DNA of 64,000 nucleotides from contig OZ220089.1 in assembly GCA_964291625.2 (NCBI GenBank), forward strand, positions 2,624,001 through 2,688,000. The letters run 5' to 3'. Origin of the DNA: Candidatus Latescibacterota bacterium (GTDB taxonomy: Bacteria; Latescibacterota; UBA2968; UBA8231). This document shows, one piece after another, positions 58,001 through 64,000 of this stretch. Within the stretch, counting starts at the first letter, position 1, and each line of letters starts with the position of its first letter. The notes beneath the pieces were generated by a model, which had not been told where the DNA came from, ran no database searches, and worked only from the letters and a program-made list of their open reading frames with translations. Made by a program: the position numbers and the translations under genes.

Positions 58001-58172
58001 GAAGCCCTGAGGACGAAGAGTGACTGGCTGAGACAGTCAGACCATCACAGCGCACGCTGGCTATCGTGTGATTGTGTAGTTCTTGGGGGGGAGGGTAGTG
58101 GGGCGGAGAGGTCTTGGGGGGGATGTGGTTGCCGTCTCTGGATTGGGCAAGCCCGCTTGGAGCGTCCCAAGC

Positions 58173-58916
58173 TCAGTCGCCCGGGAAGTGCCCCTTGTAC
58201 TCAAGACCCAGCAGCTCCCGCGAGCGGGCGACGTTGCAGTGCCGGTCCGCCTCCGGGTGGCTGGCGGTGTGCATGATGTCGAAGTCGATCGTCTCGGACT
58301 CGAGGGCCAGGTGGCAGGCCTCGGCCAGATCGTGCCGGCAGACCCAACTGATGCCGCCGCGGGCGGGGGAACCGTCCCGGGTGATCCCCAGCCGGCTGTC
58401 ACCGATGCTGGCCGGACGGAAGATGATGATGCGCAGGCCGTAGGCGTCGTGAAACTGGCGGCACATCTCCTCCTGCAGGCGCTTGGTGATGCCGTAGAGG
58501 GTGCCTTCCTTGCTGCGCACGTCCGACGACAGGAACACGCCGTCCGGATGCTGGACCACGCAGGAGCTCATGTGCACGACCCGCCTGAGCCCGTGCCGCC
58601 GGGCCGACTCCAGGACGTTCCACATCCCCTTGAGGTTGATGAGGAAGGGGTTCACGTCGTCCTCGTGGGGGCCCTCGTACCCGAAGTAGGCGGCCAGGTG
58701 GACGACACCGTCCATGCCATCCAGGGTCCTGTGGACGGCGTGGAAGTCGGCGAGGTCCCCGTAGTGCCTGTCGCCCTCCCAGTCCCCGTCGAAGCGGTGG
58801 TACACCGACCAGGCCTCCGGGCTGTGGTCGAAGGCGCGCACCTCGTGGCGGCCGGCGAAGTTCTCCAGCACGGCGCGGCCGGCCCACCCCGCGGCGCCCA
58901 TGACGGCGACCTTCAT
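58173..58916 (-). CDS. NAD-dependent epimerase/dehydratase
   Basis: MKVAVMGAAGWAG, VVHLAA, MSS, YGITK. Confidence 0.9.
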   Translation of the reverse strand: MKVAVMGAAGWAGRAVLENFAGRHEVRAFDHSPEAWSVYHRFDGDWEGDRHYGDLADFHAVHRTLDGMDGVVHLAAYFGYEGPHEDDVNPFLINLKGMWNVLESARRHGLRRVVHMSSCVVQHPDGVFLSSDVRSKEGTLYGITKRLQEEMCRQFHDAYGLRIIIFRPASIGDSRLGITRDGSPARGGISWVCRHDLAEACHLALESETIDFDIMHTASHPEADRHCNVARSRELLGLEYKGHFPGD

Positions 58917-59059
58917 GATGGTCTCTCCCCTCCCCGAATTACGCTGGTGTCGAAGGCTACAATAGAGAGCCCCTTCCGGGCTCTCAAGGCGGTTGGCCCT
59001 CGATCGTCGGAAGGATAGATTGACCCGCCATGTCGCGCCCAACGAGAAGCGCTGAAGTC

Positions 59060-60511
59060 ATGACAGTGCACATCGGCGGCGAGCGGCAGCTCTTCCTCGA
59101 CGACCACGTCACCGAGGGGCTGGACGGGCTCGAGCGGGTCCTGCAGCGGCCCTCGAAGCTGGACAGGCCGGTCCTGGAAGGCGACGAGCCCTGGGAAGGG
59201 AGCACGGCCGCCATCATCGGCAACTCCCTGCACCACGACGAGGACGAGGGCCTGTTCAAGGCGTGGTACGACACCGCCGCGGGCGTCGCCCATGCCACGT
59301 CGCGGGACGGTCTCCAGTGGGAGAAGCCGAGGCTCGGGATCCTTGAGCATGACGGATCGACGGCGAACAACCTCGTCAGCCCCGGCCGGAACTTCAGCGT
59401 CGTCAAGGATCCGCGGGAGGGAGACCCGTCGCGGCGCTACAAGGCGATGTACTGGCATACGCGGAGGGACCCCGAGGCGCCCTGGGGCGGCAAGGGCCAC
59501 TTCGTGGCATACTCCCCCGATGGTGTGCACTGGACTCCGGAGGCGCGGAACCCCGTCGCCGACTTCCGCAACGGGCTGACGGATGGCCAGTTCGTCCTCG
59601 GCTGGGACGCCGCCCACGGCAAGTATGTCGCCTACATGCGGCCCAGCGTCTGGTTCTTCGAGCCCGACAAGAGGACCTCCGCCTGGGTCGCCAGCGACGA
59701 CTTCATCGACTGGGGCCCGGCAGTCCTGGCCGTTGCGCCCGACGAGTCGGACGCGCCCGAAGTCGAGTACTACCGGATGACGGTGGCGAAGTACGAGGGC
59801 ATCTACCTGGGCTTCATCTGGGTGTACCACAACGACGAGGTGGAGTTCGGGGACCAGTCCCGCAACACGGTTCTGGCCGTGAGCCGGGACGGCATCACCT
59901 GGAGCAAGCCCTTCGGGAGCGAGACCTTCCTCGAAACGGGGGAAGCCGGCGAGTGGGACTCTCGATGGGCGGGGGTCTGCAACATGATCCCCGTCGACGA
60001 CGAGCTGCGGCTGTACTACTCCGGCGCCAACATACCGCACAACGTCCTGGCCGAGGGTGGGGGCCGGGGCTCGGTGCGGGACTGGCCGGGCCGGGTGATC
60101 GACGGCGAGCGCCGGGCCTACGCCGTGGGCGTCGCCAGACTGAGGCGGGACGGCTTCGCGGCCCTCCGCCCGAGGTCTGGCGAGGGGATGCTGACGACCA
60201 GGCCGCTGACCTTCCTCGGCACCAGGCTTCACCTGAACGTGGACAGCTCGGCGGGCAGCGTGGAGGTGGAGGTGACGGACGAGGGAGGCGAACCGCTGGA
60301 AGGCTATTCCCGTGGCGACTGTGTACCCATCTCGACCGACTCGACGGACTTCAGGGTGAAGTGGAGGGGGGACAGGGATCTCGTCCATGCTACCGATACG
60401 GCGGCGGATCTCGGCGGTGACATGCTGGCTTTCAGGTCCAGGCTGAGGAAGCCGGTGAGGCTGCGGTTCCATCTTTGGGATGCGAGCCTGTACTCGTTCC
60501 GGATCGGTTGA
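59060..60511 (+). CDS. Five-bladed beta-propeller glycoside-hydrolase-like protein
   Basis: RQLFLDD, ATSRDGLQWEKP.LG, DP.RRYK, SPDGVHW, SRDGITW, RLRRDGF, RLHLN, LYSF. Confidence 0.78.
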   Translation: MTVHIGGERQLFLDDHVTEGLDGLERVLQRPSKLDRPVLEGDEPWEGSTAAIIGNSLHHDEDEGLFKAWYDTAAGVAHATSRDGLQWEKPRLGILEHDGSTANNLVSPGRNFSVVKDPREGDPSRRYKAMYWHTRRDPEAPWGGKGHFVAYSPDGVHWTPEARNPVADFRNGLTDGQFVLGWDAAHGKYVAYMRPSVWFFEPDKRTSAWVASDDFIDWGPAVLAVAPDESDAPEVEYYRMTVAKYEGIYLGFIWVYHNDEVEFGDQSRNTVLAVSRDGITWSKPFGSETFLETGEAGEWDSRWAGVCNMIPVDDELRLYYSGANIPHNVLAEGGGRGSVRDWPGRVIDGERRAYAVGVARLRRDGFAALRPRSGEGMLTTRPLTFLGTRLHLNVDSSAGSVEVEVTDEGGEPLEGYSRGDCVPISTDSTDFRVKWRGDRDLVHATDTAADLGGDMLAFRSRLRKPVRLRFHLWDASLYSFRIG

Positions 60512-60528
60512 TCGAGAGGGATTGCACC

Positions 60529-61374
60529 ATGCAATTCAGCGAGCAACAACTGGAGCAGTACCGCACCCTCGGCTACGTCATCGTCGACTGCCCTTTCCCC
60601 GAGAGCCTGACCGAGGCATGCATGGCGGCGGTCGAGAGGGCGGCCCGGGACCCCTCGGAGGGTCCGGCCGACGGCAGCAAGAGGAATCACCATCGACTGC
60701 GCCCCCAGGTCGAGGACTCCTACTGGTGCGCCCTCGATCACTCCCTGCCGTTTGTGCGGATCATCCTGCATCCGGAGATCATCGAGTTGGCCCGCCAGCT
60801 GAACGGAGTGAGCGACATCTACCTGCGCAACGGCGGCATCAACGAGCAGGCGCCGAACCGGTCGGTGGGGTGGCACATCGACGGGGGGCCCGGCTGGGCG
60901 GAGTTCATGCACTACTTCTCCGGCGCTTCGCGGGAGAACGGGTGTCTGCGCATCGTGCCGGGCAGCCAGAACGGACCGCCTGACTCTCTGCAGGAGAGAG
61001 CCGCCCGCCTCAGGGATGCACGGGGGATCCCCGGGTCCCAGGCCGACGACGGCTGGGAGGATGTTCCCCTCGACGAGGAGATCTCCCTCGAGGTGGAGCC
61101 CCACCAGCTGATCGTGCGGCATTCGTGGCTGTTTCACGCGACCTGGCTCAACCGCACGAACGAGGGCCGGTACATGAGCCACTGGCTGTTCCATCCCCAC
61201 ACGGTGGACAACCACCGCTTCACCTGGGGGGACTACCTGACCCCCGAGCTGCTCGATTCGCTGAGCCCGGAGCAGCGGGAGGTGCTGTGGCTGGAGCGGG
61301 ACTTCGACATCGACCCCGCGTACGACAGGGAGCGGTCGCGCGAGCTGGGACGGGTGAAGTGGGGCGTCGTGTGA
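60529..61374 (+). CDS. Phytanoyl-CoA dioxygenase (PhyH) family protein
   Basis: QLEQYRTLGYVIV, WHID, NGCLRIVPGS, LFHA..NRT. Confidence 0.85.
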   Translation: MQFSEQQLEQYRTLGYVIVDCPFPESLTEACMAAVERAARDPSEGPADGSKRNHHRLRPQVEDSYWCALDHSLPFVRIILHPEIIELARQLNGVSDIYLRNGGINEQAPNRSVGWHIDGGPGWAEFMHYFSGASRENGCLRIVPGSQNGPPDSLQERAARLRDARGIPGSQADDGWEDVPLDEEISLEVEPHQLIVRHSWLFHATWLNRTNEGRYMSHWLFHPHTVDNHRFTWGDYLTPELLDSLSPEQREVLWLERDFDIDPAYDRERSRELGRVKWGVV

Positions 61375-62606
61375 ATCCCTGGGAAGAGGGCATCGAGCAG
61401 GCGAGGGCGGTGGCGCTCGACATCCTGCAGCCGTCCGAGTCGCAGCTGGAGCACGGACTGGCCCTGCACCGGGACGCCTTGGTGTGCGAGTCGTACAGCC
61501 TCGGGCTGCAGGCGCCGATCGACGGCGAGGCCGTGGCGGGGGCCGTGGAGTCGGGGGCGTCGGAGGTGGAGCTGCAGTACCTGTCCGAGCAGATGCGCAT
61601 GACCCGCTGGGCGGCGGACGACGAGCTGAAGGCGGAGTACCTCGCGGCCTGGGGGGCGTCGGGGGTGACCTGCTCCTTCCAGAACACCGGCGAGGAGGGC
61701 AACGACCCCATGCGCATGCTGGGGCGGCTGGCCCACTACACCCACCTGACGGACCGCCTGCGCGACCACGTGGCGCGCGCCGCCTTCCCCGGCGACATCG
61801 CCGCCGCCAAGGCCGCCGGCCGGCACTGCATCTACCAGACGTGCAACGGCGTCCCCCTGCCGGGAGAGCAGACCACGGTCGAGCAGGAGCTGCGCTTCAT
61901 CAGCCAGTTCTTCGAGCTCGGCTGCCGCATGATGCACCTGACCTACAACCGCCGGAACCCGATCGGCGATGGCTGCGCCGAGCCGGCCAACGCCGGTCTG
62001 AGCGACTTCGGCCGGGCGGTGATCGCCGAGATGAACGAGGTCGGCGTGATCGTCGACGTGGCCCACTCCGGGTGGCGGACCTGCCAGGAGGCGGCCGAGG
62101 TGTCGCAGAAGCCGATCGTCTCCAGCCATTCCGCCTGCGCCGCCCTGAACCACCACCACCGCGGCAAGCCGGACGAGGTGATGCGGGCCATCGCCGACAA
62201 GGGCGGGACCCTGGGCATCACCAACGTGCCCGCCTTCCTCGGCGGCAGCGGCTGCGTCGACGCCCTGCTCGACCACGTCGACCACGCGGTGAGGGTGGTC
62301 GGCGCCGATCACGTCACGATCGGCACGGACCGCGCCTACGTCAGCTGCCGCACCCGCGAGGAGAACGCCAAGGTCCGGGGGCGGAGGGGCGTCCGCCGCC
62401 GCTGGGAGGCGCTGTGGCCGGCCGGCGATCCCGTGCAGCGGCCGGAGTGGCGCCAGGATCGCATGGTGCAGAGCATGGCGTGGACCAACTTCCCCCTCTT
62501 CACGGTCGGCCTGGTGCAGCGGGGGTACTCCGACGACGACATCCGCAAGATCCTCGGCGGCAACATCCTGAGGGTTGCGCGCGAGGTGCTGGGAGAGGGG
62601 CGCTGA
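61371..62606 (+). CDS. Membrane dipeptidase (peptidase M19) family protein
   Basis: LTYNRRN.IGDG, GLSDFGR.VIAEMN..G.IVDVAH, SHS, IGTD, KILGGN.LRV. Confidence 0.88.
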   Translation: MNPWEEGIEQARAVALDILQPSESQLEHGLALHRDALVCESYSLGLQAPIDGEAVAGAVESGASEVELQYLSEQMRMTRWAADDELKAEYLAAWGASGVTCSFQNTGEEGNDPMRMLGRLAHYTHLTDRLRDHVARAAFPGDIAAAKAAGRHCIYQTCNGVPLPGEQTTVEQELRFISQFFELGCRMMHLTYNRRNPIGDGCAEPANAGLSDFGRAVIAEMNEVGVIVDVAHSGWRTCQEAAEVSQKPIVSSHSACAALNHHHRGKPDEVMRAIADKGGTLGITNVPAFLGGSGCVDALLDHVDHAVRVVGADHVTIGTDRAYVSCRTREENAKVRGRRGVRRRWEALWPAGDPVQRPEWRQDRMVQSMAWTNFPLFTVGLVQRGYSDDDIRKILGGNILRVAREVLGEGR

Positions 62607-63613
62607 TGTACCGGCCCCTGGACCGCATCACACTCAAGTCGGGTGAAGAGGTGGAAGCCGGCGTCGTGCAGGGTCCCGACCTCCGGTGGGCCCCCCGCGT
62701 GGAAGGCCTCCTGAGCCACAAGGGTCCGCAGTGGCGCTGGGGCAACGAGCAGGTCCTGCGCACGGCGACCGGCCTCGACGTCTTCTACTACCTGCTGTCC
62801 CGGGACGGCGATCCCTTCGCCATCATGATGACCACCGAGCACCGCGGCGTGGGGCTCCTCGGCCACGTCTACACCCGTCCCGAGGACCGCCGTCAGGGAG
62901 CGGCCATGCAGCTGCTGGGCCGCCTCATGGACGACTTCCGCCAGCGCTGCGGGCAGGCCCTGTTCCTGGGCACGGGCTACGATTCCCCGGCCTACCACAT
63001 CTACAGGGCTCATGGCTTTGCGAGCATCGAGCCGGAGAGCGGCCAGATGGCGTACTACAGCACCTCCCTGGAGGAGTTCGAGGCGGCCTTCTTCGCCCCG
63101 GGCGCAACCGCCGCGGCACCCGCCGGCTGGCTGCACTGGCCGGCGTCGACGCCGCTCTTCGCGGGGGCCTTCCCCGGCGTCGTGCGCGGCGCCGGCCTGG
63201 GTCTGTGGGGCCGCCGCACCACCGAAGGGCCGTTCCTGCCCCTGCTGCAGGACCAGTTGGAGCGGCACGCAAGCGGCCTCCCCCCTCGGGCGCTGGCCCT
63301 GGTGCAGCAAGCCACCCGGGCCGTCGTCGGTCTGGCCATGTGGTCGGACCATCCCCTGTGGCCCGACGCCTGCCTGGTCGACCTCTACTGCCATCCCGAC
63401 TATTGGGACCGGGGAGGCGCCCTGCTCCAGGCGCTGCAGAGACCCGCCGGGCGCACCTGCCTGGCCTACTGCGACGCGGGTCTGCAGCCCAAGGCCGAGG
63501 CCCTGGGCGCGGCCGGCTTCCGCCGCGGCGCCACCTTGAGCAAGCGAGTGGCCGCCGACCGGGGGGGATCAGGCCGGGTCGACGTGGAGGTGTGGGAGAG
63601 TCACCGTGGATAG
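62606..63613 (+). CDS. GNAT family N-acetyltransferase
   Basis: HVYTRPEDRRQGAA acetyl-CoA motif, PAYHIYRAHGF; ATG overlaps the upstream stop. Confidence 0.8.
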   Translation: MYRPLDRITLKSGEEVEAGVVQGPDLRWAPRVEGLLSHKGPQWRWGNEQVLRTATGLDVFYYLLSRDGDPFAIMMTTEHRGVGLLGHVYTRPEDRRQGAAMQLLGRLMDDFRQRCGQALFLGTGYDSPAYHIYRAHGFASIEPESGQMAYYSTSLEEFEAAFFAPGATAAAPAGWLHWPASTPLFAGAFPGVVRGAGLGLWGRRTTEGPFLPLLQDQLERHASGLPPRALALVQQATRAVVGLAMWSDHPLWPDACLVDLYCHPDYWDRGGALLQALQRPAGRTCLAYCDAGLQPKAEALGAAGFRRGATLSKRVAADRGGSGRVDVEVWESHRG

Positions 63614-63629
63614 AAAGGACTGCGAGGGC

Positions 63630-64000
63630 ATGAGCGAGCTTCGACTTCTGACCGACGACCAGATGCGGCAGTTCATCGTCGACGGGTACGTGGTCGTGCG
63701 CCCCGACCTGGACGACGCGTTCCACGAGAGGGTTTACGCGGAGACGCAGACGGTCTTCGAGAAGGAGGGCAACCCGGGCAACAACCTCGTGCCGAGGATC
63801 CCGGCGGTGCAGCGGGTCCTCGACTCTCCCGAGGTCCGGGGAGGGCTGACCAGCATTCTCGGGGAGGGGTACTACACCCAGCCGCACCGCCACTGCCACT
63901 TCAATCCGCCCGGCAGCCAGGGGCAGCACCTGCACCAGGACGGCTCCAGCCGCTGGTCCCACCACACGCGCCGGATCCTCCTCTTCTACTACCCCCAGGA
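63630..64000 (+). CDS. Phytanoyl-CoA dioxygenase family protein, N-terminal part (runs off window edge)
   Basis: Manual translation MSELRLLTDDQMRQFIVDGYVVV..NPGNN..HRHCH..QHLHQD. Confidence 0.75.
   Translation, partial: MSELRLLTDDQMRQFIVDGYVVVRPDLDDAFHERVYAETQTVFEKEGNPGNNLVPRIPAVQRVLDSPEVRGGLTSILGEGYYTQPHRHCHFNPPGSQGQHLHQDGSSRWSHHTRRILLFYYPQ

Overview
High-GC (about 70% by eye) bacterial chromosomal window with about 55 CDS and one tRNA-Val(GAC). It is dominated by catabolic and accessory enzymes: PhyH-type dioxygenases, enolase-superfamily dehydratases, DUF1080 paralogs, beta-propeller glycosidase-like proteins, a heparinase II/III-like protein, acs, moeA and nfuA. Secreted-protein motifs suggest an FCB-group, Latescibacterota-like organism (inference). 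The standout is an intact 1028-aa ORF (12341..15427, minus) that is a miniature single-chain fusion of RNA polymerase beta and beta' core motifs. It keeps the catalytic DFDGD and both beta lysines. It lacks the flap, Zn-ribbon, trigger loop and jaw, and has substitutions at the nucleo-sugar-selecting and rifampicin-pocket positions. It starts 1 bp downstream of an ECF sigma gene that has no anti-sigma and is preceded by an ECF-type promoter motif, so the pair is a candidate two-gene 'private transcription' or RNAP-mimic system. Also present: a low-GC ABC-ATPase + TOPRIM defence-like pair, an AbiE type IV TA pair with a palindromic operator, two ~200-bp long-stem repeat elements bracketing one gene, a degenerate RNase II-like gene, a frameshifted NUDIX gene and several unusual domain architectures. 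All assignments are by eye from motifs; no searches were run and E. coli residue numbers are from memory.
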